A stretch of DNA of 63,781 bases, the filler included, from Octopus bimaculoides (taxonomy: Eukaryota), in assembly GCF_001194135.2 (NCBI RefSeq). It is 8 parts of 8 records of this genome, joined end to end, with 100 filler letters (N's around TTAATTAATTAA, not from the genome) between each part and the next. Parts side by side here need not be neighbours in the genome. Positions count along the whole stretch, not along the records: positions 20,268 to 40,094 come from NC_068987.1; positions 40,195 to 41,427 come from NC_068994.1; positions 41,528 to 59,158 come from NC_068982.1; 5 more parts are not named here. The stretch is one strand, 5' to 3'. This document shows positions 35,640 through 48,513 of this stretch, piece after piece (position 1 is the first letter of the stretch; each line of letters starts with the position of its first letter). The translations under genes were made by a program, and so were the position numbers. Below the pieces are notes generated by a model. The model did not search any database. It saw only the letters and a list, made by a program, of their open reading frames with translations, and was not told the origin of the DNA.

Positions 35640-36075
35640 TTTCGCTTCCTCCTCCTCCTCCTTCTCCTCGTCGCTGTCACCATCCTCTCTTTTCTACTAT
35701 GCTTACCACCAGTCAACCGCTACCACCATGTCTATCACACTGCTGCCACCGCCAGCAGCACCACCAACACCATCACCACCGACACAACAACAACACCCAC
35801 TACCAACCGCCACCATACCCACATGTACCACAAATATCAGCACTACCACCACCACCACCACCACCACTACAACCACCACCACCACCACCACCACTACCAC
35901 CACCACCGACGCTGTGTATTACCACCGAAACAACTTTTTCCAATGCCATCACCATCTCTAATGCCAACTTCACTCCTGCTGACATCACCATTACTACACT
36001 GCTACCAGCACAACGTTCATCATCATCATCATCATCATGAACGATAGGAACAGCAACAACGACAACAACAACAAG
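35640..36075. repeat. Cryptic (CAC)/(ACC)/(CAT)/(CAA) trinucleotide low-complexity tract
   Basis: Source of the poly-H/T/P/G ORFs; similar tract at 60485-60720. Confidence 0.9.
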
Positions 36076-36689
36076 ACAGCAACCGTCAGTTCCAATATCA
36101 TTACTATCATCAGTAAGGCTGGCACGATTGTTTAAAGCGTTGGTAAGTCAAGCCTTGCAATATTTCTTCCGGCGATTTACGTTTTGCGTTCAAGTCTTGC
36201 CGAAGCTAGCTTTGATTATCGTCTTTCAGGAATCAATAAAACAACGTAGCAGTCTATAGCATTAGAATCGATTTAATCTACTAACCCTCTCCCTTCAAAA
36301 TTTTTTGACCGTTTTTATTTTCCACATAAAATGCAATCAATTATTGTCACTGTCGATAACAATAATTTTTTAAACTTCAAAATAACAAGACATACTCGTG
36401 TTTGATCAATTCCTATATGAATTGAACATAAAATGGCAATTATATATATCCAAAGGTCTATAAACAGCCTCACTTTCTATCTTTTTCGAAAGAGGATATC
36501 TTTTCCATCATATACTTCATTCTTTAACTGTTTCGTCTATTTCTTATTATTTTCTAATTTCCTCTTCTACTCCTCATCACCATCCTTATTATTATGATTC
36601 TTTAAAATCATTATAATCATCATCAATGTATCGTTATGGCTGCTTTTAGTGTTGTGGCTGACGTCTTTGATTTTGATTTTTTGTCTCCG

Positions 36690-36850
36690 TCTCAGCAGGT
36701 ACACTCGTTAGATCACCCGACGATGTGCCAAGCGGTATCTCTTCTGTATCATCACGTTGCGTGTTTAAATTTGGACGGGACCAACTTTGTCCTTCCACCC
36801 ATCGAAGTCGATAAAATAAAGTACCACTTAAGTACTGGGCTCGATGGTAT
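36690..36850 (+). mobile_element. Old diverged S2 SINE; more S2 copies at 36120-36310, 36925-37135, 37510-37590, 40870-41215, 43660-43920 (-) and 62420-62560
   Basis: TCGTTAG...AGCGGTAT...AACTTTG...GTCGATAAAATAAAGTACC align with S2. Confidence 0.7.
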
Positions 36851-37174
36851 AAAATAACCACCTTCACCTAAAAGTGATGGTTTTTTGATAAAATTTCAAA
36901 GTATTACTACTAAAAGACAGTGATTTGACAGCATTGTTAGCGTGTCGGGCAAAATGCTGAGTGATATTTCTTCTAGTTTCAAAGTTGTTCCGAGTTCAAA
37001 TTTTGCTGAGGTCAACTTTGCCTTTTATCCTTTTGGGAATGATAGAATAAATACCACTTGAACTATAGAACCGAGGTAATCGACTAGCTCAATTTTCACA
37101 AATATCAGGCCTTGTTCCTATCGGTGAAAGGAATATTATTACTATTACTATTATTATTATTATTATCATTGCGA

Positions 37175-37500
37175 AAATGTCAAGAGTGGCAAAAGGGAAT
37201 TGGGGTGGGCACTTACATATGATGTTCAGAGAGATCTTTGACAGTGAGTTTCCTCGGTTATCCCTAGAGGTCGTCCTGTATCAGGAGGACCACATCTCTA
37301 TCATCACCCCAAACATTTTAACCTTTGTGTTCTATGTTTATTTCTCTTCCTTTTCTTTGTATACCGTCTATACTTACTCTTCTTTTGTGTATCTATTTAT
37401 TTTATCATTTTATTATATGTAAACTTCAATACTTTATGTCTGATTTGTATTGTATGCCTCATCCTTTGCCCTGGTGGCCCATATAAGGAAATTGTTATCA
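37175..37500 (+). mobile_element. Tx1-like LINE extreme 3' end and 3' UTR
   Basis: Homologous to 40290-40640 (TAGAGGT...CCTGTATCA...ACATCTCTATCATC). Confidence 0.6.
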
Positions 37501-37989
37501 TTATTATTAAGGCGGTGAGATGGCAGAGTTTGTAATGTGCTGTGTAAAACGCTTAACGGCATTTCTTCCGACTTTACATTCTGCCCTCAGGTCTTTAAAC
37601 GAATTGTAGTATTTCTTAATTTATTAAAATACCATGCAAGTTTCAATTTTTTTTTTCAAATGTAAATATAAATAAAAGACTATTGAAACCGGTAGGCGTT
37701 TTTATAATAATAAATTAAGCGATAAAGTAAAAACTCATTTTATGATTCGGATGCATTTTCAACCTCCAATCAGTTCTCACGCGATGTTATGCCACTGAAC
37801 TCGAAACAATTTTCCTCTCTCCGTTCTTTCTTTCATTCTATCTCCAATTTTTTACTCTTATTCCTTTCTGTTGAAGATCGTAGGTTCTAAACGTAAAAGG
37901 CTCTTCCATTTTCCCGAGCGTTAAAAACTAATACAGCTACTTGCTGTTCCTACACCTTTCTTCATCATTTGTTTTTCTGCAAATTTGAA

Positions 37990-38052
<63 letters not shown>

Positions 38053-39672
38053 AGTGGGTGTGCATAAGTGTACGAGTTACCCTGCTGCAAAGTGTTTAGG
38101 CTGCTGGACAAACAATTGTCTGAGTTTAATTCCAGGCTGGGTATCTCATTTCTCAATGAACCAGCTTACGCAACTGAAAATGAGTTTTATCTCCTACAGT
38201 CTGACACACCGCATACTTTTAGTCAAAATTCAATGTAATGCAAGATGTAAAACGCTGTCCGCGTTTCCGACATGTATTCAATATATATATGTATAATGGT
38301 AGAATGGTTGTAGCTGATCTTTCAATCGAACTCAGTAAACTACATTCCTATTGATTTTTTTTTCTTTTTAATTGTTGCTACTATCTAACGGTAGTAACTC
38401 CTTTCAACAGTACAAAATGTTTTAGATAAAGGACAAAATTTGAAATGGGGTTACACATGAATGTAAATAATGATGTAAGACATCCCGCCAACTCTCTAAC
38501 AATTCCGGAAATTAAGGTCCTGGAACTATTTCATTTTTTTTTAATATAGAAAAATAAAATGGTAAGGTCGAAACATAAAGTTGACCTTGTTGAAACTTGA
38601 ACTCAGAGAGGTGCATTTCATACACCTCTCTAACCACTCAGCCAATTTCTCCATCAAGAGTTAACTTCTTTTAGAATTAGAATAAAACTTTCACACGTCT
38701 AGCTTATAGAAAGAAATATAGCAGTCGCCTTCCAATATTTTTCTGTTGGTATTTTACAGAAATACGCTATTAAAACCTAAGACGCATTTTTATTTTTATA
38801 TTTGTCAGATATTCAAATATATGCAGTAACGTATAAGCAGTTAAATGCATATATGCATATATTAACATATAATCATCGTTGGGGGCTTTTAGTTTTATTC
38901 TGTTTTACTAATGAGGGTTTCACTTTACTTGCTGATGCGTTCAAACATGTAAGAGGAACCGGCGTACGCAAAACAATTGTGCATGCGTGTATGTGCGATT
39001 GTGAGCGTGAGTGTGTATGTGTGTGAGTGCGTGTGCGTGTGTGTGTATGAGTGCGTGTGCGTGAGAGAGAGAGTGCGTGTGTGTGTATGCATTGTTAATG
39101 ATTCACGCCATTGGCAACTTACCTTAGGTTTGGCAGTTACCATGAGGACCTGTATAGAGTTTCCCGAAAGTAATAAGCTAATCCCTCGCTAATGTGTAAT
39201 TCATTAGGGGGAAAAGAAAAAAAAGAAACAAGACTATGAGAGAAGACAGAAGAGGAAAGCACTTGAAAAAACTCAGTACAATGGGATTTAAATATATATA
39301 TATATATANNNNNNNNNNNNNNNNNNNNNNNNNNNNNNNNNNNNNNNNNNNNNNNNNNNNNNNNNNNNNNNNNNNNNNNNNNNNNNNNNNNNNNNNNNNN
39401 NNNNNNNNNNNNNNNNNNNNNNNNNNNNNNNNNNNNNNNNNNNNNNNNNNNNNNNNNNNNNNNNNNNNNNNNNNNNNNNNNNNNNNNNNNNNNNNNNNNN
39501 NNNNNNNNNNNNNNNNNNNNNNNNNNNNNNNNNNNNNNNNNNNNNNNNNNNNNNNNNNNNNNNNNNNNNNNNNNNNNNNNNNNNNNNNNNNNNNNNNNNN
39601 NNNNNNNNNNNNNNNNNNNNNNNNNNNNNNNNNNNNNNNNNNNNNNNNNNNNNNNNNNNNNNNNNNNNNNNN

Positions 39673-39723
<51 letters not shown>

Positions 39724-40194
39724 ATATATAGAATATGTACATATATAAATATACATATACATATACATAGACATGTGTGTATACACGCACTCAATCACAA
39801 ACATGCAAACACGTATAAACACACACACATACACACACGTTTATCATACATATATATATATATGTATGTATGTATATATATACTTGGAAAAATTATGAAA
39901 TTATGCATTGTGTCTATGGAGCATTGTAAAAAAAATGAATTATTTTCGTTTCAATTTATTTAGCGTGTATATATATAATTTTGTGAGAAATATTAGCACC
40001 ATTAGCAAAGAAAGGCATACACTCCAGGAAGCATAACGAAGCGAAAGTGATGAAGTACAACACGTACACACAAACTCATATATATATATATATANNNNNN
40101 NNNNNNNNNNNNNNNNNNNNNNNNNNNNNNNNNNNNNNTTAATTAATTAANNNNNNNNNNNNNNNNNNNNNNNNNNNNNNNNNNNNNNNNNNNN

Positions 40195-40640
40195 AGTTTC
40201 ACTTGTAAAGGAAATTGAGAGTGGAGAGGGAAGAGCTGTCCTCGAATGAATTTATCGAAAGGTGGGTGAAAGTTGAGAAAATGGCAAGAGTGGATGGTAC
40301 CTTTCTCAATGTAGACCTGTGAGTTGGAGAGAAGGAATTGGAGAGAGCACTTTCTCATAGGGTTTCAGGGAAATCTCGGACATTGGGGTTCCCCGATTAT
40401 ACCTAGAGGTGTTCCTGTATCATGAGGGCTACATCTCTATCATCCGCCCGCCAATTTTTTGCGTACCTCTGTATGGTATGCATTTGTCTCCTCTTTCTCA
40501 GGGTATGCTGTGTATACTTTTAAAATAAATTTTCTTTACCATTTCATTATTATATGTAAACCCCAACACTTTATATCTGTCTCTGTATTGTCCCCTCATC
40601 TTTTGTTCTCATGGCAAATAAATGAAATCATCATCATTAT
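40195..40640 (+). mobile_element. Tx1-like LINE 3' end and 3' UTR
   Basis: RKLRVEREELSSNEFIERWVKVEKMARV matches the C-terminus of the 48490-51530 element (KKRVERGVLPPSNFVRRWVNV). Confidence 0.7.
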
Positions 40641-40761
40641 TATTATGTTTATTTTTCTTCTTTCTTCAAATTTTCTTCCATTTCTCGCCGAGTGTTTTCC
40701 GTACACCTAGAGCAGAGAAGCTCATTGTATGCATTCCCGGTTTACACACGCAAATTCACAG

Positions 40762-40828
<67 letters not shown>

Positions 40829-41217
40829 CATTATTATTATTATCATTATTATTATTATTATTATTATTAAGGTGGTAAGCTGGCAGAATTGTTAGCATAC
40901 CAGGCAAAATGCTTAGCAGCTTTTCATCCATTTTCATGTTCTAAGTTTGAATTCCACTAAGACCGACTTTGTCTTTCATCCTTTTGAGGGGGTCGATAAA
41001 ATAAGTACCAGTAGAATACTGGGATCAATGCAACTGACTTTCCCCTCCCTGAAATTGCTGGATTTGCATCAAAATTTGAAATGGTGAGCTGGCAGAATCG
41101 TTAGCATGCAGGATGAAATGCTTAGCGGTATTTTACCCATTGCTACATTCTCACTTTAATTTCCGCTGAGGTTGACTCTACCTTTTATCCTTTTAGGGGT
41201 CAATAGAAAGAGTACCA

Positions 41218-41427
41218 GGCACAGGAGTTGCTGTGTGGTAAGTAGCTTGCTTACCAACCACATGGTTCTGGGTTCAGTCCCACTGCATGGCACCTTGGGC
41301 AAGTGTCTTCTACTATAGCCTTGGACCGACCAAAGCCTTGTGAGTGGATTTGGTAGACGAAAACTAAAAGAAGCCCGTCGTATATATGCATATGTATATA
41401 TATATATGCGTGTGTAGGTGCTTGTAT
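41218..41427 (+). mobile_element. S1 SINE 5' half running into a gap
   Basis: AGGCACAGGAGTTGCTGTGTGGTAAG head; similar plus-strand copies at 54075-54735 and 58915-59158. Confidence 0.85.
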
Positions 41428-41532
41428 NNNNNNNNNNNNNNNNNNNNNNNNNNNNNNNNNNNNNNNNNNNNTTAATTAATTAANNNNNNNNNNNNNNNNN
41501 NNNNNNNNNNNNNNNNNNNNNNNNNNNCACGC

Positions 41533-41579
<47 letters not shown>

Positions 41580-41639
41580 AACACGCACACATACGCACAT
41601 ACATAGAGGCATATTTTTAAAATCTTTATTAACTCCAGC

Positions 41640-42480
41640 ACGGGAGCTGTAGGACTTTGAAACCCAAATTGTTGCAGTATCTGGTCCTGTATCCTGATGG
41701 CAATGTTGGGGTCTATGGCACTATGAACCCTGTTCTGCTGTTTGTGCAATTCTTAATTCGAAAGTTTGCTACATGATCTGCCTAGGGTTTTCCAGATTTA
41801 TAATGTTGCATATCCTTCCCACCTTCGTTTTAGAAAGTAGCGCCTTAACTTTTTCAACCTGTCTCCTTAGCTGACACGTCGCATTAAGACAATCCTCTTT
41901 TTTGTCACTTTGCTCTCACTTCGAGTTCCGCCGTTAATTTTACACTGTATGGCTATTACAGTTTGGATCAGTAGTCGAAATGGCTGAAACAAACTTCCTT
42001 AGAGGACTATCCTGGTTTCCTATCCTCTCCTTTTGAAAGTTCTATGGATCTAGACGGCGATCCGTCTACATTTTAATGACAACAGAGGAATATGCACCCG
42101 AAAAGATGCATCGTTACTTATATCAATCCAGATCAATCATAGATTTTGATATGTGGATTGTAATCCTCCTTGGGTCAGTGTATCCTGTTTACATTTCATT
42201 CTGCCTCATGTGCTGGTACTGCTGGTACTGGAATTTTACAGCACTACACTGCAGGTTATTATCTCCAGACTGTGTATTACGTCCAACCCTCGTTACAACC
42301 TTTTCAGAGTGCTGTTTCGTTTGAAAGATATTTGTCTGTATTGTGTGGCTCTCTGAACAGCTAAGGCCATGTCTGAGAGGATTGCTATCAGAAAAGCCAG
42401 GTGTTACAGTAGCTAGACAATGTAGATTCGTGAAAAGCTCACACTCCATGTCCTTTTGTCGTTTTCAAATTCGGTGGCAC
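41640..42480 (-). mobile_element. Decayed coding-like block, possibly the N-terminal part of an R4-type ORF
   Basis: Balanced composition with stop-riddled frames; CQLRRQVEKVKALLSK loosely recalls R4 WxxRLxxQVxxLRxxLS; weak. Confidence 0.25.
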
Positions 42481-45094
42481 TAAGAGTATATATGCAACAG
42501 ATCGATATTGTATTACCTACGCTCACCAGCTGCATCTAATCAAAGAGGCCAATTTGAGGGCTGCCCTGCAAAAATACATGTATGCATTCACCACAGTATA
42601 TATCTTTCGGGGTAGCTTGGAAGTAGTGTACACTTAACGAATGATTAGTTTCATTCTAACACGTTAAACACAATACCTATTAAAGACTTGATGATGAATT
42701 TGGCCTTATTTTGCATAGAATTTATTGGGTTATTGACATTTTCTCTTAGCTTTTATTGCTGCATTTTGGCAATAAATGATTTTAACAGATATAAATCTTT
42801 TCATATCACATCATTTGTTTAGTCTGCTTTCATAATTACTTTGTTTGATTTTTTAGTTGTTCTAGTTTTTGACTTGCTAATGTTTGCTAGACAACACAAA
42901 CCTCACTTCCTATAGCTTTATGATTTTACTATGCATTTGATGCTATTTTGAAATTTGGAAATATGCCTCATATTAAATTGCATCGCTTATATAAATGATT
43001 GTACACATGTAAATGAGTCAATTTCAATAGGCTGTCAACACCAAATCAAATGATAAAACAAATCATAATATTGAATTGATTTCTTCATAACCCCGTATGA
43101 ATATATACCTTTTGAAGTTTTATAGGAAACAATTTGAAAACAAAGCAAATATACACCACTTCCTTTTTGTATCTAAATTAGAAATAAATTGATATCTATG
43201 TAACCCTATTTAATCTAGCAGTTTGCAAATAATATAAAGTATCATGATTCTATATTTCTATATGTCTTCTATATAACAAATTATATTCTGTGGTTATATA
43301 ATATATGATCAATCTATAATTTGGATTGCTCTTTTGTTTTCCGAAACGTAAATATGGGAATAAATTTTCTTATTTATTTCGATACATTCAAAAATTATCC
43401 ATCATCGTGCATTCCAGCATATATTCAAATATAGGAAGGCATATGTTACAACAGACACAAGAATGTCCATGCATATTTACGTTCAAACAAGTATAAGTAC
43501 ATGCTTACATTACAACCTTGAAGCAAGCATAAACTATAATATTACAGTTAATGTGTTAATGCAACCAGTTTAAAGGAAACTAATAATTTCAAATAAGATT
43601 AAAATGACACAGCCGATTATTACATACATACATACATACGGCTTTTGGTTTGTCCAAACTAATAATACATCCAAATTTTGACTTAAGAACATCAGTAAGT
43701 CGATATCGTTAACCCCAGTACTAGACTGGTGCTTTATCTCATCATCTCCGAAATCATGAGAGGCAAAGTTGAACATGGTGACAATTGAACTCAGAGCGAA
43801 ATAAGTAAGAGGAAGTCCTGCCAAACATTTTGTCTGACGGTTGACCACCCTGATAATAAAATTCTCTAACATAAGGAAAATGATACAATATATGAAGAGG
43901 CGATAAATGAGCACCGTAACGTAGCTCTTTATTGTAATTATAGATTCTGCAAGTATAGAAAAGCTAAGGCTCCTAGAAGGCAATCACCGTTGTATCGACT
44001 CTATAAATGTAATTTCTATAATCTTCTGTATCTCCACAACAATACTAAGTTTGCGGAAGAATTTTTCGAGTGAATAGAATGACGATAATTGAGAGAACTG
44101 AAACAGATTTACAAATATTCTTACCATGAACTTCCTCAACGGACTCTGGTGAATTACCTATTTATTCATCTCGTATATTAGGAGACCCAAATACAGATAT
44201 AGACAACCTTCTGAGGCAGTAACTCAGGTTCCTGCCACACATTATACTTCGTTTTAAAGAGATATTTATAATGTCAAACGATGTTCACCTTTCGATAACG
44301 AAATATCGTTCTAAACATCCTCGAGATGTTACATTTTGGGAATTAGAAGCATAACATACAACATTGGAAGTGAAAAAGTAAGACATTTTCTAGTTTCTTG
44401 TGCTTCACGTGAAAGAAAGCCGTTGATCTTCTTACATGCTTCTGAACAATAATTTTGCTTTCAGCTAAATGGCCTATGTCTACTATTCGTGCCTTACTGG
44501 TAGTGTTGGCATGCATGGAACTATATTTTTGATTCTTCTCTCGATAATCTTTACAATTTTGTGCATGTATTTAATTTGTTGTCTTCGCTGGTACCTCATT
44601 AACAAACAAGTCATTGAAGTTGTTTTCCTTTGAGTTCCTATATACAGTTGTTCCATTTTTATTTGTTTAAATTGTTTAAATTTTGTTGTATAAACAAATT
44701 TACTGTGCTTAAATGAAAATTTTGCTTACCACTTGTATTGAATTAAACATCTCCAAGTTCCAGGATTTCTTACTTGTAAACAATCAACAAAGGAGATAAA
44801 TCTATTCAGTAAAACTTCATCAGCAGATAAGCATACTTAATTTTTGCAGATATTTGCAAATCTGACAATCAATTCCACAGCAGAAGTTCGCGGAGACATA
44901 TGCGGGCCCCTTTAAAGAAAGGAATACAGAAAATACTTTAAAAGGACACTGAGAACACGATACTTGAGCTCAAAATAAAGCTTTGATCACAAATCTGATG
45001 GTCAAACTTTAGAAATGAGTACTTGCCTTCAATATTCTGAATTTTAATGACTTTGACGAAACTGTTACCCATACCGTAAAAGAATACGCTAGAC

Positions 45095-45650
45095 TTTTCC
45101 AACAAAACATAAATTGTGGCGACATGATGAGATTCCAAAAGTTCAAATTGGAAACTGTGAAAAGCGGGGTTAGAAAGATACAAGATATGACAAGAACACA
45201 AACCAGAGTGGCTACGTCAGAGGTTTCTGTGAGAGTTTCAAATTGAAATGGACCAGATGCTTCAGCACAACAAGCCGACATAGTGATGCACAAGGTCTGC
45301 TCTATAATTGATGATGCGTGCCCAACTGACCCAAAAGTATTTAAGAACAAAGGCTAAGAAATAGACATATACTTTTTCTTAAATGCAAGATCGCTCGCCT
45401 GTGGAGGATGAAAAATGTGATGATAATGTCAATTATTTTGGGGGAGCTTAGGGAGTGTATCAGAAGCTATTTAAAGGAATACAAAGGACAATAGAGCTGT
45501 TGCTAAACGTTTTCCTCTTTGGTACAGCCAGAATCATCAGGAAAGTTTTCGATAGTTGAAGCGAACAAATGACATGGTACTGTAGGCTGTCGGAAGCAAT
45601 CCCGCAACGCATGCAAGAGTCCAGGTGTTCTGACAAAATATGAGTTATAA
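45095..45650 (+). mobile_element. R4/Dong-like LINE 3' portion (RLE, C-terminus, 3' UTR) ending in (AAT)n
   Basis: LQHNKPDIVM (RLE HNxPD), LFGTARIIRKVF*, then a short UTR and an (ATA)n tract. Confidence 0.75.
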
Positions 45651-45664
45651 TAAAAAAAAAACTG

Positions 45665-45859
<195 letters not shown>

Positions 45860-45860
<1 letters not shown>

Positions 45861-48165
45861 GAAGAATGAAGAATTGCAGAAGAAGTGGCAGAATAGCAGA
45901 CGTGGAAGAATTTTGGAAAGAGATAAGGTAGGCGAAGGAAAACCAATGAACACAGCATCTGAACAACTCTGGACCACTATAACAACTGAAGAGGTCCCCC
46001 AGGAACTTCAAAATCTAAGCAACTGGAAGGCACCCGGGTACGAAAAGATCCCCAGCTTCTGGTTTAAATACCTAACAGGAACAAATATAATGTTGGATGA
46101 GAAATATAATGAAATATTTGCAGAGCCAGAGACAATGCCTGAATGGCTCACAGAGGGGGAAAAACCATCCTAATTTCCAACTTCACTGAAACGGCAAACC
46201 CACAAAACTACAGCCCGAGAAACTGTCTCCCTACAATTTACAAAGTCTCTACTGCAATAATACCGCAGAGAATGGGCAAACATTCAGAAGAGCAGAAGGG
46301 ACGTCGCAAGGACTCATACGGCTCTAAATCTTAGCTACTGACCAATAAAGCCATAACTGAAGTCAACTGCAGAAAGGAAATGGGTGTAAGTATGACCTGG
46401 ATCGATTACCAAAAGGCTTTTGATAGTAGTCCCTACACATAGATCTGAGAAACACTAGTCATGAACAAAGTAGTACAAATAATCATAAAATATACAAAAC
46501 ATTCCATGAATAAATGGCAGACATGCTCTTTCCAGTCATCTTCTGCTTGACACTGACACCTTTATCTGACATGCTAAACAGAACTGGAAGTGAATAACAA
46601 CTGCTACGGCAAAATAATCAGCCATCTCTTGTATATAGATGACTTAAAACTGTACGCTACAAATGACAAACAGGTTGGAAACATTACTACAGACAGTACA
46701 TGGATTTATCAAAGAAATAAACATGAAATTTAACTGAGGAAAATGTGCCAAACTAACCTTGAAAAGAGGAAAACTAGTTAAGAGTAACAACGTCACACTA
46801 GATAAGGCAAATGATATAAGAGACTTCGACCAAAGCCAGACATACAAATATTTAGAAATCAATGAACCAGATACGATACAACATGCACAAAGAATGTAAA
46901 AAAGGAATACTATAGACAAGTCAGCTTAATATTGAAAACAGAGCTCAATGCCAAAAAAGAACATAATATTTATCAACAATCTAGCCGTCCCAGTTATAAC
47001 TTACAGCTACAATATTTTTAACTGGACTCTAAATAAACTAATCGAAATAGGTAAACAAGAAAAGTAATGACAGGATGTAGGGTGCACCATCCTATACAGC
47101 TTGAAAACTATTAAAAAATAATCACCATACGACTACAGAAATACCTACTTCAGAAGCAAGGACAACCAATACAAATAGCCACAAAACACGAACAAAACAA
47201 AAACAATGTTTTCAGTCTTTATGGAAGCTGACAAATACAAAAAAGCAGTCATACTACCATACAACTATGAAGAAAAGGAAGAAACAAAAAAAAGCTGTAA
47301 AGCAACTGACATCAAAACTAAAACTGGAATAACAATGTATCATGATAAAACGATGAAAAGAAAAACCACTTCATGGCAAATATTAGGTTAAGATAAACAG
47401 AAAAGAAATGGGCAATGCAAGTCCCAACAATGGCTGGGAAGCTCAGGACTTAAAGCAGAGACTGAAGGATTTTTAATTGCAGCACAAGTTCAAACTCTTC
47501 TCATCAAAAATCACCCAACATATGTAATTTAGAGAAATACAAGTAACTGCAAAATATACGGTGATAAGGAACAAATAATGCCATTGGCTGCCCGGTTCTG
47601 GCTAAGAAGGAATATATTCACAGACATGACAGAACTAATAACTGAAAAAAGATGGTTTAAGCACACTGCAGAAAAGGTCACTGAAAATGAGAAAGCAACC
47701 ATACAGTGGGATATGCCAACATGCACAGAACGAGAAATTACGACCAATATCCCGGATATAGTAAACAGACATCTCCAAGAAAAATGCTTTCTAATCGATG
47801 TATCAAAATCAACAGATGACAATTTTTCACTAAGGGAAACGAAGTAAGTTCTAAAACACAAAGAAAGATTTGGAAACAGTGATAATACGAAAATTGAGTA
47901 TAAAATAGAAACAATTCCTATCGTAGGTGCATTAGGTATTATAAAAAGCATTCAGATAAATACATAACCGAAAACCAGGAATTAGAAGTATATATAACAT
48001 ACAGAAAATAGCACTACTAGGCACCGCACACATCCTACTAAAACACTTTCTATACAGTGAAAATAAGAGCACCACAACAAACCACAGCGCACACTCAAGG
48101 CACACAGAGCTCCGTTCTGTAGGGTCGTGAAAGCACATCATAAAAATAAGACTACTGAATGATAA
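45860..48165 (+). mobile_element. 5'-truncated decayed R4/Dong-like LINE (RT, RLE and 3' UTR)
   Basis: NWKAPG, WLTEG, NYSPRNCLPTIYK, WIDYQKAFDS, HLLYIDDLKLY, YKYLEI, KAETEGFLIAAQ, IQWD...PDIV, IVGALG, IQKIALLGTAHIL. Confidence 0.92.
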
Positions 48166-48294
48166 TTTGTTTTTATTCACCACTGACGGTTCATATAAAC
48201 GATTGGGGACGGTACAGGACAATACGATACAACACAATACAGATAGTTGGGGATTGAAACATGAAAAAGAAGAATAATTATGAAAATTATATTA

Positions 48295-48445
48295 CTTACA
48301 TCACCAGAATAGGAGAATTCCAAACACTGCTCCTGGAGGCTCCACAAATGCCATGATCACACTGACCTCTAAAGCAAGACTTCCCTCCAAAAGCAAGGAC
48401 AACTAATACAAATAGCCACAAAACACGAACAAAGCAAAAGACTCC
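48295..48445 (+). mobile_element. Additional R4-like internal fragment
   Basis: AGCAAGGACAACTAATACAAATAGCCACAAAACACGAACAAA is nearly identical to 47155-47200. Confidence 0.7.
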
Positions 48446-48468
48446 AATCTACTCTCGACCTAGAGGCG

Positions 48469-48513
48469 CATTCACTCAGTAGACCCATTCACTCAGTAGA
48501 CCCATTCACTCAG
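48469..48513. repeat. 17-bp tandem repeat x2.7 (CATTCACTCAGTAGACC)
   Basis: At the junction of the Tx1 3' end and the R4 fragment. Confidence 0.9.

Noticed and set aside
35586-36047. His/Thr/Pro/Gly-rich ORFs (also 60429-60866, 16479-16981, 45460-46011)
   Set aside because: Translations of trinucleotide microsatellites
36636-36867. Protein-like ORFs on both strands and an apparent 36-nt exon (CAG|GTACAC...GCG|GTATCT)
   Set aside because: The sequence aligns to a diverged S2 SINE
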